NCBI GenBank assembly: GCA_025350815.1
Contig: JANXXE010000218.1
Span: 19,574-83,573 of the forward strand
Direction of reading: 5' to 3'
Source: Myxococcales bacterium
Lineage (GTDB): Bacteria; Myxococcota_A; Polyangia; Fen-1088
DNA length: 64,000 nucleotides
Shown: positions 47,015 through 56,450 of the stretch, piece after piece
Layout of the letters: each line of letters opens with the position of its first letter
Position numbering within the stretch: the stretch's first letter is position 1
Notes under the pieces: generated by a model
The model's database searches: none
What the model was told of the DNA's origin: nothing
The model's input: the letters and a program-made list of their open reading frames with translations, nothing else
Position numbers and translations under genes: made by a program

Positions 47015-47947
47015 TCAGGCGTCCGCGGCCGCGACACTGAGATAGCGCTCGCCGGTATCGGCCAGCACCGTGACGACGGCCTGGTCGGGTCGCAGGCTAG
47101 CGGCGATGTCCAGCGCCACCTTCACGGACGCCCCCGACGAGATGCCAACCAGCAGGCCCTCGCGGCGGGCAAGCGCGGCGCGCGTGCTTTGCGCGTCCGA
47201 CTCGCTGACGGAACGCACCTGGGACAGGATTGACCGGTCGAGAAGCTCGGGCACGAAGCCCGCGCCAATGCCCTGGATGAGATGCGGGCCGGGCGAGCCA
47301 CCCTGAAGGACGGCGCTGCGTTCGGGCTCGACCGCGACCAGCCGCACGTTTGCATTCGCCGCGCGCAGGCACCGACCCACGCCCGTGATCGTGCCGCCCG
47401 TTCCCACGCCGGCGACGAAGACATCGGGTGCGTGCCCGCCGAGCTGTTCCAGGATTTCGGGGCCGGTGCGCCTCTGGTGCGCCAGCGCGTTCGTGGGATT
47501 GCGGAACTGCTGCGGCATGAAGGCGCCCGGCAGACGTGCCGCCAATGCCGACGCGGCATCGACCGCACCCCGCATCACGGCGGCCGCCGGCGTCAGGTGA
47601 ATTTCCGCCCCGTACGCCCGCAGCAGGGTCAGGCGCTCGCTCGACATGTTGTCGGGCATGGTGAGAATCAGGCGATAGCCCTTCACTGCACACACCAGGG
47701 CCAAGCCGACGCCCGTGTTGCCGGACGTGGCCTCGACAACGACGGATTCGCCCCGGTGCAGCCGTCCGTCCCGTTCGGCCTCGTCGATCATCGCAAGCGC
47801 GACCCGATCTTTGAGCGAGCCGCCCGGATTGAGGTGCTCGCACTTGACGAAGACAGCGGCCCCTTGCGCGCGGGGCAGACGGCCGAGCCGAACGAGCGGC
47901 GTGCGCCCAATGCGGGCCAGGATGTCGTGGTCAGATCGAATAGTCAC
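47015..47947 (-). CDS. cysteine synthase (CysK/CysM, PLP fold type II)
   Basis: IGRTPLVRL...NPGGSLKDRVALAMI (PLP lysine motif)...ATSGNTGVGLA. The probable GTG start at 47947 overlaps the end of the upstream ATPase gene. Confidence 0.85.
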   Translation of the reverse strand: MTIRSDHDILARIGRTPLVRLGRLPRAQGAAVFVKCEHLNPGGSLKDRVALAMIDEAERDGRLHRGESVVVEATSGNTGVGLALVCAVKGYRLILTMPDNMSSERLTLLRAYGAEIHLTPAAAVMRGAVDAASALAARLPGAFMPQQFRNPTNALAHQRRTGPEILEQLGGHAPDVFVAGVGTGGTITGVGRCLRAANANVRLVAVEPERSAVLQGGSPGPHLIQGIGAGFVPELLDRSILSQVRSVSESDAQSTRAALARREGLLVGISSGASVKVALDIAASLRPDQAVVTVLADTGERYLSVAAADA

Positions 47948-49073
47948 CGACAAAGATCTTGGCCCCTTGCAGATCCGCCAGCACGCGATCGCCTTCGACG
48001 ATGCCAAGCGCGGCTATTTCCGCCTTGCCGAGTTCGACGACCAGAGTGCCGCCATCGGGCAGGCGCAAGGTCACCTTGACGTAGGCGCCCATCAGCGCCA
48101 GTCGTTCGACGCGGGCCACGGAAACCGCCGGGGCCTCGTCCTCGGCCTTGGTCAGCTTCACGTCGTGGGGACGGACGAAGCCGTGGACTTCGGCGCCCTC
48201 TTCGGGTTTCTCGCCCTGCGGGACCGCCACCGCGAAGGCGCCAACGGTCGCGCGGCCGTCCCGGATGTGTCCACGCAAAAGGTTGGCGCCGCCCACGAAT
48301 GAGGCCACGAACGGGGACGCCGGGCGATCGTAAATCTCCTGCGGGGCGCCCATCTGGGCCACCTTGCCTTCGTTCATGACCACGACGCAGTCGGATAGTT
48401 CCATCGCTTCTTCCTGGTCGTGCGTGACCAGCAAGGTGGTGACCGGGGCGACGCCCGGCGCGTGGGCCCGCTCTTCATGAAAGCGCCGCAGCCACTGGCG
48501 CAGCGACAATCGGACCTGCGCGTCAAGCGCGCCGAACGGCTCGTCGAGAAGCAGAATCTTCGGCGCAATGGCCAGGGCCCGGGCAAACGCCACACGCTGG
48601 CGCTGGCCGCCCGACAGCTGCCCGGGATAGCGATCACCGTAGCCGGCGAGTTCCACCGCGGTCAGAAGGTCGTCGACCTGACGATTGATTTCCGCTTGCG
48701 GCACCTTGCGGACCTTCAGCCCAAACGCGATGTTGCGGCGAACGGTCATGTGCGGGAACAGCGCGTAGCTTTGAAAAACAAAACCCACGCCCCGCTTCTG
48801 CGGTGAAAGGGTGGTCCCTTCGACGCCGCCGATGACGATGCGACCCGCGTCAGGGTGTTCAAGTCCGGCTATCAGCCGCAAAATGGTGGACTTTCCGGAG
48901 CCCGAAGGGCCGAGCAGCGTCGTGATGGTGCCAACGGGAATCGAGAACGACACGCCGTTCACGGCCGCCACGTCGCCCCCCGCAAAACGCTTGGTCAGGC
49001 CTTCGACCGACAGGCCGTGACCAGCGGCCGCGGCTGTGGGTTGAATCTGGGGGGTCGCGCCGCCACCGTTCAT
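47931..49073 (-). CDS. ABC transporter ATP-binding protein with C-terminal TOBE domain (CysA/ModC family)
   Basis: Start at the MNGGGATPQ Met forms an ATGA overlap with the rrf2 stop. Walker A GPSGSGKST, signature LSGGQRQR, Walker B LLLDEP. OB-fold tail. Confidence 0.6.
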   Translation of the reverse strand: MNGGGATPQIQPTAAAAGHGLSVEGLTKRFAGGDVAAVNGVSFSIPVGTITTLLGPSGSGKSTILRLIAGLEHPDAGRIVIGGVEGTTLSPQKRGVGFVFQSYALFPHMTVRRNIAFGLKVRKVPQAEINRQVDDLLTAVELAGYGDRYPGQLSGGQRQRVAFARALAIAPKILLLDEPFGALDAQVRLSLRQWLRRFHEERAHAPGVAPVTTLLVTHDQEEAMELSDCVVVMNEGKVAQMGAPQEIYDRPASPFVASFVGGANLLRGHIRDGRATVGAFAVAVPQGEKPEEGAEVHGFVRPHDVKLTKAEDEAPAVSVARVERLALMGAYVKVTLRLPDGGTLVVELGKAEIAALGIVEGDRVLADLQGAKIFVGDYSI

Positions 49074-49525
49074 ATGAAGTACATCTGGGCCGCAGGCGTC
49101 GGCGAGATGCGGTCGAGCCCCATGGCCTCGGCCCGCGCGACGAGATCCCTGAGCGTGATCCCGTTGTAGAGATCGACGACGCGGCCGACCAGATCGCCCC
49201 ACACGCTGCCGGGAACGTCGGTCTTGGCGGCCGTGCCCGCACTGTCGAGCGCAAACAGCGTCTCGATCGGGCCATCGACCGCGGTGATGACGTCGCTGAG
49301 GCGAATCGCTTCGGGCGGCTGGCAAAGAGTGTAACCCCCGCGCGGGCCGCGCTTGGCGTCCACGATCTTCGCGCGACGCAGGTCCTGAAGGATCTGTTCG
49401 AGGTAACGAAGTGGGATCGACTGACGATCGGCTATTTCCTTGGCCCCCACCGCGCGGCCGGGGCAATGAAAAGCCATGTCGAACAGGGCGTGCAATCCGT
49501 ATCCAGTCTTTGTGGTAATTCGCAC
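49070..49525 (-). CDS. Rrf2-family transcriptional regulator (IscR/CymR-like)
   Basis: MRITTKTGYGLHALFDMA... with a helix-turn-helix. A single Cys means it may not bind an Fe-S cluster. Confidence 0.75.
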   Translation of the reverse strand: MRITTKTGYGLHALFDMAFHCPGRAVGAKEIADRQSIPLRYLEQILQDLRRAKIVDAKRGPRGGYTLCQPPEAIRLSDVITAVDGPIETLFALDSAGTAAKTDVPGSVWGDLVGRVVDLYNGITLRDLVARAEAMGLDRISPTPAAQMYFI

Positions 49526-49529
49526 GTCG

Positions 49530-50354
49530 TCAGGTCCGGCTGGCCAGGGCGGTCAAGGCGGCGAATGGCTGCGCGGCGTTCGTCGCGGCGTTCGTCGCGA
49601 TGTCCGTCGCAACGTCCGTCGCAAAAGCCGGATTCAGGAACTGCGCCAGGGCCGCGACCTCGCCGACGACCAGTACGCCCGGGGCGCCCGCACTTTCCGC
49701 GGGCAGAACGGAATGCGCCAGGGCATCGAGGGGGCCGACCCAGCGCCACGCAGCCGGGGTGCCAGCGCCAAGAACGATCGCGCTTGGGGTTCCGGCGGCC
49801 CAGCCGCGAACAATGAGCCGTTGTGCGATCGGCCCCCGGGCGCCGAGGCCCATCAACACCACCACGGTTGCGGTGGCCGGCGGCAACGCGTCCAGCAGGG
49901 GTGCGTAAGCCGCCTCCGCATGACCGGACACCACCACGAATGCAGACGAGACGCCCCGGTGGGTCAGGGGAATTCCAGCCAACGCCGGGGCGGCCAGGGC
50001 GGACGACACGCCCGGGATCACTTCGAAAGGAACGCCCGCCTCGGCCAGCGCCTGCGCTTCTTCGCCGCCGCGCCCAAAAATGAAAGGATCGCCGCTCTTG
50101 AGGCGCACGACGCAGTAGCCACGGCGGGCTTCGCGAATGAGCAAGCGATTGATGGTTTCCTGTGCGGTCGACGCCCGTCCGGCGCGTTTGCCGACATAAA
50201 ACCAGCGGGCCTCCGGTGCCAGGGCACGCGCCTCGGGTGAGGCCAGGGCGTCGTACAGGACCAGGTCAGCCTCGGCCAGGCGCCGCACCGCCCGCAGGGT
50301 CAGCAGATCGGGATCGCCCGGACCGGCGCCAACCAGGGAAACGTGTCCCGTCAT
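49530..50354 (-). CDS. cobA: uroporphyrinogen-III C-methyltransferase (SUMT) with repetitive C-terminal tail
   Basis: VSLVGAGPGDPDLLTLRA...GDPFIFGRGGEE...VIPGVSS are the TP_methylase motifs. Confidence 0.85.
   Translation of the reverse strand: MTGHVSLVGAGPGDPDLLTLRAVRRLAEADLVLYDALASPEARALAPEARWFYVGKRAGRASTAQETINRLLIREARRGYCVVRLKSGDPFIFGRGGEEAQALAEAGVPFEVIPGVSSALAAPALAGIPLTHRGVSSAFVVVSGHAEAAYAPLLDALPPATATVVVLMGLGARGPIAQRLIVRGWAAGTPSAIVLGAGTPAAWRWVGPLDALAHSVLPAESAGAPGVLVVGEVAALAQFLNPAFATDVATDIATNAATNAAQPFAALTALASRT
49573..49620 (-). repeat. four tandem 12-nt imperfect repeats inside the cobA 3' end
   Basis: gcggcgttcgtc occurs twice, then gcgatgtccgtc and gcaacgtccgtc. Together they encode the (A-T-D/N-x) tail ATDVATDIATNAATNAA. 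Confidence 0.6.
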
Positions 50355-50998
50355 GGTCGACCTTCCGGCGGGACCGAGGGCGAGCGCGGCCGGTCGGCGT
50401 AAAGCCGGGACAGTGCCTCAAGCAACCGCGGCCGACGTTCGGACATCGGCACGCCGTCGCGCTGCCAGCCGGGGCGAAGGTCAGCGGCGACCTTCAGCCA
50501 CGATTCAATTTCCGGGGGAAGAACCGCGTCCAGGCCTTCCCGCAGCAAGCCCGCGAGGGCGGGCGCAGCGCCACCGGTCGAGAACGCCACCGTGATATCG
50601 CCCCGGCGCAAGACGCCGCCGGCGTAGGCCGAGGCTGATTGTTGGTCGTCCACCGCGTTGACGAAGAGGCGGCGTTCCATTGCCGCGGCCGCAACCGCGC
50701 GGTTGATTTCGGGCGGCGCCGCGGCCACGACGAACCAGGCATCGTCCAGATCGCTCGGCACGAAGGCGCGCTCGACCAGTTGCGACCCGATGGTGCGCAA
50801 TTCGGGCCGAATGCGCGGCGCCACCACGGTGACCAGCGCGCCCGCGGCCTGCAGCCCGCCGCACTTGCCCACAGCCACTAGGCCACCGCCAACCAGAACG
50901 ACCTTCCGACCCGTAAGTTTCAGGAAGGCCGGGAACAGCGGCCCGGACGGCTCAGGCGTGGGGGTCGGCAGGGACATATTGTACTGTTCCTGAATCAT
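50351..50998 (-). CDS. precorrin-2 dehydrogenase / sirohydrochlorin ferrochelatase (SirC/CysG N-domain-like)
   Basis: Rossmann motif VVLVGGGLVA. Similar to the siroheme synthase N-terminal domain. ATGA-coupled to cobA. Confidence 0.7.
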   Translation of the reverse strand: MIQEQYNMSLPTPTPEPSGPLFPAFLKLTGRKVVLVGGGLVAVGKCGGLQAAGALVTVVAPRIRPELRTIGSQLVERAFVPSDLDDAWFVVAAAPPEINRAVAAAAMERRLFVNAVDDQQSASAYAGGVLRRGDITVAFSTGGAAPALAGLLREGLDAVLPPEIESWLKVAADLRPGWQRDGVPMSERRPRLLEALSRLYADRPRSPSVPPEGRP

Positions 50999-51114
50999 GA
51001 ATTGACGGGCGAAGGGCAGAGGTGGACTTCGACGTCTTGGGTGCTGTGCTAATAACTAGCGGTTTGATGGCCAGGGTCAAGCGGGCCAGTTGTACGGTGT
51101 CCATGTCAAGAATG

Positions 51115-52413
51115 TCAAATGACGTCCCGGTGAAGGTATTGTCGGCCGGACGGCCCGTAGTCGGTGGCGCCCTGCCCGCTGCCGGCCAACAGCCAGCGGT
51201 AGGTCAGCAAGCCCTCGACGCCGACCGGCCCGCGGGCGTGCAGCTTATCCGTGCTGATGCCGACCTCGGCCCCCAGCCCAAAACGATAGCCATCCGCAAA
51301 CCGGGTGCTGGCGTTGTGGAAGACGCAGGCCGCGTCGACCTCGGCAAGGAATCGTTCGGCCGCGACCGGGTCCTCGGTAACGATGGCCTCGGTATGCCGC
51401 GAGCCATGCGCGGCAATGTGCGCGAGCGCGCCCGCCAGGTTGTCACGCTGCCGAATGGACAGGGTGAGCGCGCCATATTCGGTGTCCCAGTCGGCGCCCG
51501 TGGCCGGCTTCATCGCCGGGTGGCGCCGGCGGGTCTCCGCACAGCCGCGCAGTTCCACGCCCCGCGCGCCCAGCGCCGCCACGCAGGCGTCGAGAGCCGC
51601 GCCCGCAGCCGGATCCCAGAGCAGCGTCTCGATGGCGTTGCAGGCCGCCGGGTAGCTGCACTTCGCGTCGATGGCGATATGCGCCGCCATGGCCGGGTCG
51701 GCGGCCCCATGCAGGTACAGGTGGCAAATGCCGTCGGCATGGGCCATCACGGGAATGCGCGTGTGCGCCCGCACGTGGTGGATGAACTGCGACGAGCCGC
51801 GCGCCACCATCATGTCGACAAGATCGTCCATCGCCAGCAAGGCGTCGACGTCACTTCTGTCTTCGAGCAGGACGAGGGCGCGCTCGTCGAGGCCGTGGGC
51901 CCGCAAGACCTGGTGGGCAACATCGGTCAGCGCCCGGTTGCTGGCGCGCGCCTCGCGGCCGCCCTTGAGGACCGCGGCGTTGCCACTTTTCCACGCCAGA
52001 CCCGCGATCTGCACCAGGGCGTCGGGGCGCGCCTCGAAGACCACGCCCAGAACACCCAGCGGACAGGTTACCCGCCTGAGAATCAATCCGTCGTCGAGCT
52101 GGCGGTGGGTGGTCACGCGTCCGACCAGTTCGGGCATGGCGCCCAACTGGCGCAGACCGTCTGCGACGGCGGCAAGCTTGGCAGCATCCAGCCCCAGTCG
52201 TTTCGTGAGGGCAGGGTCAAGCTCGCCCCTTTCCTCGGCCAGGCGCGCGTTCGCCATATCGGCGGCGTTCGCGGCGACGATGGCCTCCTGGGTTGCCGGG
52301 CGCAGCAGGGCAGCGGCAAAATCCTCCAGCAGCTTGCTCCGCTCGGCGCCCGTCAGCGCCGCCAGATGCCGGGCGGCGACGCGGGCCGCAATGATGGTTT
52401 CACGCAGGTCCAT
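51115..52413 (-). CDS. proA: gamma-glutamyl phosphate reductase
   Basis: ProA-like across its length (…VLKGGREA…, catalytic Cys region ACNAIETLL). Start taken at the MDLRETI Met. Confidence 0.85.
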   Translation of the reverse strand: MDLRETIIAARVAARHLAALTGAERSKLLEDFAAALLRPATQEAIVAANAADMANARLAEERGELDPALTKRLGLDAAKLAAVADGLRQLGAMPELVGRVTTHRQLDDGLILRRVTCPLGVLGVVFEARPDALVQIAGLAWKSGNAAVLKGGREARASNRALTDVAHQVLRAHGLDERALVLLEDRSDVDALLAMDDLVDMMVARGSSQFIHHVRAHTRIPVMAHADGICHLYLHGAADPAMAAHIAIDAKCSYPAACNAIETLLWDPAAGAALDACVAALGARGVELRGCAETRRRHPAMKPATGADWDTEYGALTLSIRQRDNLAGALAHIAAHGSRHTEAIVTEDPVAAERFLAEVDAACVFHNASTRFADGYRFGLGAEVGISTDKLHARGPVGVEGLLTYRWLLAGSGQGATDYGPSGRQYLHRDVI

Positions 52414-52505
52414 GGTGGAAGGCCGGGATACTACTACGCCGGTCGCCTGCCCCGGGGACAACAGCAGGGCCGGTTTGTCGCAAGTTATGGTAAGGAGTCC
52501 GATAC

Positions 52506-54782
52506 ATGAGCGCGTCCCCCACCTGGAAAGAGAAGCTTGCCGGCCGCATCCCGGAGGTGATTGGTCGCGAGATCGATATCTTCGAGACGCAGATAGAGCT
52601 GCGCAAGAAGGGGAAGATCGAAGAGAAACTGTTCGCCGAAACGCGCCTGCGCCGGGGTGTCTACGGGCAGCGTTACGACAACGGCCAGCGACACGACGGC
52701 GAAAAGACGCAGGAACTGAAGTGGCCGTGCGGCGACATCACCAAGGGGCCCATTACTGTCTGGGATGCGCCGGGGATGCAGCGGATCAAGGTTCCGTTCG
52801 GTAAGCTGACGGCCGCGCAATTGAATGCCCTGAGTGACGTGGCCGAGGAGTACTCGGACGGCATCCTGCATGTCACGACCCGGCAGGACATTCAGCTGCA
52901 CTTCGTCCACATCGAAAACACGCCGGACCTGATGCGGCGCCTGGGTGCCGTCGGAATCACCACGCGCGAGGCGTGCGGGAACACCGTGCGGAATGTGACC
53001 GCGTGTCCCTACGCAGGCGTTTGCAATGAAGAGGCCTTCGACGTTACGCCGTACACCCAAGCGCTGGCGGATTTTCTGCTGGGGCACGACGACACCCAGG
53101 ACTTCGGGCGGAAGTTCAAGGTGGCGTTCTCGGGCTGCAAGGACAACGCGTGCGGCCTGACGAACTTTCACGACATGGGCCTCATCGCACGGACGCGCAC
53201 CGTCGACGGCAAGATCGAGCGCGGCTTCGAGCTATACGTCGGCGGCGGGCTTGGGGCCGTCCCGCAGTCGGCCTTGCTGTTTGACGACTTTTTGCCCGAG
53301 AGCGAACTTCTGCCCATCGCCCAGGCGTTAAGCCGCGTGTTTGCCCGCCTGGGCGAAAGACAGAACCGGGCGCGTGCGCGCCTGAAGTTCGTGGTCAAGA
53401 AGCTGGGAATCGAGGAGTTCAAGCGCGTTGTGCGCGAAGAGCGCGCCAAGTTGCGCACGGACGATCGTTGGACGGCCTTTCTGGCCGACCTGCACACCAC
53501 CGATGAGCAACCGCTGCGCGAGGCACGAACGCTGCCCGGCGCTCCGCCGTCGTCCGGGTTTGCGCGCTGGCGCGCCACCAACGTGCTGCCGCAACGACAA
53601 GCGGGGTATTTCATCGCCATCGTGCGGCTGCCGCTTGGGGATATGACGTCCGAACAGGGCCGGGCCCTGGCTGACATCGCCCGTCGTTTCACGGGCGACA
53701 CCATGCGCACGACTGTGGATCAGAATCTGCTGTATCGGTGGGTTGGCGAAGGCGATCTGCCGGCGCTGTACGAGGCACTGCACGCTTTGGCGCTGGCGCA
53801 GCCGGGTGCCGGATCAATCGCCGACATCACGGCGTGCCCGGGAACCGACACCTGCAAGCTGGGGATCTCATCGTCGCGCGCGCTGGCGGCAGAGCTTGGC
53901 CGGCAACTCGACGCTGCGGGTGACACGACCGCCAAGACACAAAGCCTGCACATCAAGGCCAGCGGCTGCTTCAATTCGTGCGGGCAGCATCACGTGGCCG
54001 ACATCGGATTTCTCGGCGTCAGTCGCAACGTCAACGGCCGGCGCGTGCCGCATTTCCAGCTGGTCGTGGGCGGTCAGTGGACGCACAACGCCGGCAGCTA
54101 TGGATTGGCCATCGGCGCGATCCCGTCCAAGCGCGTGCCCGAAGCCGTCAAACGCCTGACCGAGTCCTATGCCAAAGACGGCCACGAGGGCGAGCCCTTC
54201 GCCCAGTTCATCAAGCGCGTGGGCAAGAAAAGCATCCGCGCGATGGTCGAGGAGCTGCAGGTCTTGCCGAGCTACGAGCAGGATCCCAGCTACTACTCGG
54301 ACTGGGGCGATCCCCGCGAGTACACCATAGCGGACATGGGCGTGGGCGAATGCGCCGGCGAGGTCGTCCCGTTCGTCGAGATGGGCCTGGCGGCCAGCGA
54401 GCGCGAGATCTTCGAAGCGCAGATGCTGCTGGACGACGGCAAGGTCGAGGCGGCCGGGGCGCGCGCGTACAGCGCCATGCTGGGCGCAGCCAAGGCCCTG
54501 GCGCGCGAGAAAAGCCCCAACCTGGGCAGCGCGCCCGACGAAATCGTGCGCGAATTCAAGGCACAACTGTGCGACACGCAGCTGTTCTTCGATCCCTTCG
54601 CCGGCGGAAAGTTTGCGCAGTATCTGTTCCGCGCCCACGACGAGGCGGGCAAGGCCGCGTCGAAGGAAGCGGCCCATCAGTTGATCGAGGAGGCGCAGCT
54701 GTTCGTGGACGCGTCGTACCAGTGCTACACGCGTCTGGGCGCCGCCCTGACGGCCGCCGTGACCGCGACGGGGCCGGCGTAG
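52506..54782 (+). CDS. assimilatory sulfite reductase (ferredoxin-type siroheme hemoprotein, NirA/Sir family)
   Basis: Two nitrite/sulfite-reductase ferredoxin-like half domains. Siroheme/4Fe-4S Cys cluster ...TACPGTDTCKLG...CFNSCGQHH. Extra C-terminal domain of about 150 aa. Confidence 0.85.
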   Translation: MSASPTWKEKLAGRIPEVIGREIDIFETQIELRKKGKIEEKLFAETRLRRGVYGQRYDNGQRHDGEKTQELKWPCGDITKGPITVWDAPGMQRIKVPFGKLTAAQLNALSDVAEEYSDGILHVTTRQDIQLHFVHIENTPDLMRRLGAVGITTREACGNTVRNVTACPYAGVCNEEAFDVTPYTQALADFLLGHDDTQDFGRKFKVAFSGCKDNACGLTNFHDMGLIARTRTVDGKIERGFELYVGGGLGAVPQSALLFDDFLPESELLPIAQALSRVFARLGERQNRARARLKFVVKKLGIEEFKRVVREERAKLRTDDRWTAFLADLHTTDEQPLREARTLPGAPPSSGFARWRATNVLPQRQAGYFIAIVRLPLGDMTSEQGRALADIARRFTGDTMRTTVDQNLLYRWVGEGDLPALYEALHALALAQPGAGSIADITACPGTDTCKLGISSSRALAAELGRQLDAAGDTTAKTQSLHIKASGCFNSCGQHHVADIGFLGVSRNVNGRRVPHFQLVVGGQWTHNAGSYGLAIGAIPSKRVPEAVKRLTESYAKDGHEGEPFAQFIKRVGKKSIRAMVEELQVLPSYEQDPSYYSDWGDPREYTIADMGVGECAGEVVPFVEMGLAASEREIFEAQMLLDDGKVEAAGARAYSAMLGAAKALAREKSPNLGSAPDEIVREFKAQLCDTQLFFDPFAGGKFAQYLFRAHDEAGKAASKEAAHQLIEEAQLFVDASYQCYTRLGAALTAAVTATGPA

Positions 54783-54790
54783 GACCGACC

Positions 54791-55366
54791 ATGGAAGCCC
54801 AACGTCTGCAGGTGAAGCTGTTTTTCGAAAACACCGGGCGGCCGGCGTTCGAGCCTTTCGTGAAGGTATTTCACGCGTGGATCAAGCACCACAAACTGGA
54901 TGAACTGCTGATCGACGTGGCCAACTACGCACACGTCCACCGCGGTCCCGCGGTGGCGCTGATCGGCCACGAATCGGACTACTTTTTGGAGGAAGGCGAC
55001 GGGCGTCCCGGCCTTCTGTACAGCCGCAAGCGTGATGCACCGCCGCCGGGCGAGCGCGTGGCCGACGCCTTCCGCCGCGCGCTGCATGCCTGCGCCCTGC
55101 TGGAGGGAGATCGGACGCTGGAAAACATTGGCGTTCGTTTTCGCACCGACGAGCTTCTGTTTCGCATCAACGACCGGCTACTGGCGCCCAGCAACGACGC
55201 CACCTTCAAGGCGGTGCGCGGCGAGCTGGAGGCGGTGTGCACCAAGCTGTTCGCCGGCGGAGCGTTCGTCATGGCGGCGGTGGGCGCGCCCAAGCAACTG
55301 TTTGCGGTGCGCGTGACCACCAACAGCCGGGCCGACCTGCCGACGCTGCTGCAGCGGCTGGGCTGA
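54791..55366 (+). CDS. conserved hypothetical protein downstream of sulfite reductase
   Basis: 191 aa with high third-position GC, 9 nt after the sir stop. No recognised domain. Confidence 0.4.
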   Translation: MEAQRLQVKLFFENTGRPAFEPFVKVFHAWIKHHKLDELLIDVANYAHVHRGPAVALIGHESDYFLEEGDGRPGLLYSRKRDAPPPGERVADAFRRALHACALLEGDRTLENIGVRFRTDELLFRINDRLLAPSNDATFKAVRGELEAVCTKLFAGGAFVMAAVGAPKQLFAVRVTTNSRADLPTLLQRLG

Positions 55367-55418
55367 TAGCCCCACGCTGCGCCCGGGCGGTGCGTCCAGT
55401 CGCAGCTGACGCTAACAG

Positions 55419-56450
55419 CTAACGACGCAACACTTCGGCGATGACGGTGGCCGCGTGCGCGCAGGCGGCTTGGTCGACATCCAGGTGGGTGACCAGGCGC
55501 AGGCGCCGGGATCCGAACGGAAGACACAGAACGCCGCGCGCACGCAGCGCCTCGACCACAGTAGCCGCGACCGGCAAGTCCGGTCCGAGGTCGGCAAGGA
55601 CGATGTTGGTCTGGACGCCCGCAAGATCAACGGACACGCCCGGGATCGTCGCCAGCTGGCCACCGACAAAGCGCGCATTCGCATGATCGTCCGCCAGGCG
55701 CTGCACATTGTTTTCGAGCGCGTACAGGGCCGCCGCCGCAACAATGCCGGCCTGCCGCATGCCCCCGCCCAGCATCTTGCGAAACCGGTGCGCGCGGTCG
55801 ACCAGGGCCTTGCTGCCCGCAATCACCGATCCCACTGGCGCGCCCAGACCCTTCGAGAAGCACAAACTGGCCGTATCAAACTGCGCGGCCAGGGATGCCG
55901 CGCTTACCGCCTGCGCGACCGCGGCGTTCATCAAGCGCGCCCCGTCGAGGTGTAGAACCAGGCCCCGATCGCGCGCGCTGGCGGCGATCCCGGCGATAGC
56001 CTCCTGTGACCAAACGACGCCGCCGCCGCTGTTGTGGGTGTTCTCGACGCACACCAGACGCGTTGGCGCGTGTCCGTGCAGGTGCGACGGCTTGAATACG
56101 GCCTCGACATCCGCGGCCGTGAACAGTCCGCCGCGGCCGACCAGCGTGAACTGCACGCCCGCAATCGCCCCGGCCGCGCCCGACTCAAAGGCATAGTTGT
56201 GGGAGCCGGCACCGACGACGACTTCGTCCCCTGGCTGGCAGTGGATCTTGAGAGCGATTTGGTTCGCCATGCTGCCCGACGGAACGAACAGCGCCGCTTC
56301 CTTGCCCAGCAGCGCTGCCGCGCGTTCCTGCAGGGCGTTCACCGTCGGATCCTCGCCGAAGACATCATCGCCCACTTCGGCGGCGGCCATGGCGGCGCGC
56401 ATGCCCGGCGACGGTCGGGTCACGGTGTCGCTGCGCAGGTCGACGGTCAT
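55419..56450 (-). CDS. ltaE: low-specificity L-threonine aldolase
   Basis: [10 protein letters not shown]...[10 protein letters not shown]... is typical Beta_elim_lyase/threonine aldolase. Start at the MTVDLRSD Met forms an ATGA overlap with the proB stop. Confidence 0.8.
   Translation of the reverse strand: MTVDLRSDTVTRPSPGMRAAMAAAEVGDDVFGEDPTVNALQERAAALLGKEAALFVPSGSMANQIALKIHCQPGDEVVVGAGSHNYAFESGAAGAIAGVQFTLVGRGGLFTAADVEAVFKPSHLHGHAPTRLVCVENTHNSGGGVVWSQEAIAGIAASARDRGLVLHLDGARLMNAAVAQAVSAASLAAQFDTASLCFSKGLGAPVGSVIAGSKALVDRAHRFRKMLGGGMRQAGIVAAAALYALENNVQRLADDHANARFVGGQLATIPGVSVDLAGVQTNIVLADLGPDLPVAATVVEALRARGVLCLPFGSRRLRLVTHLDVDQAACAHAATVIAEVLRR

Noticed and set aside
51022-52804. 495-aa and 377-aa plus-strand ORFs opposite proA
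   Set aside because: Antisense artefacts. proA homology on the minus strand is strong.
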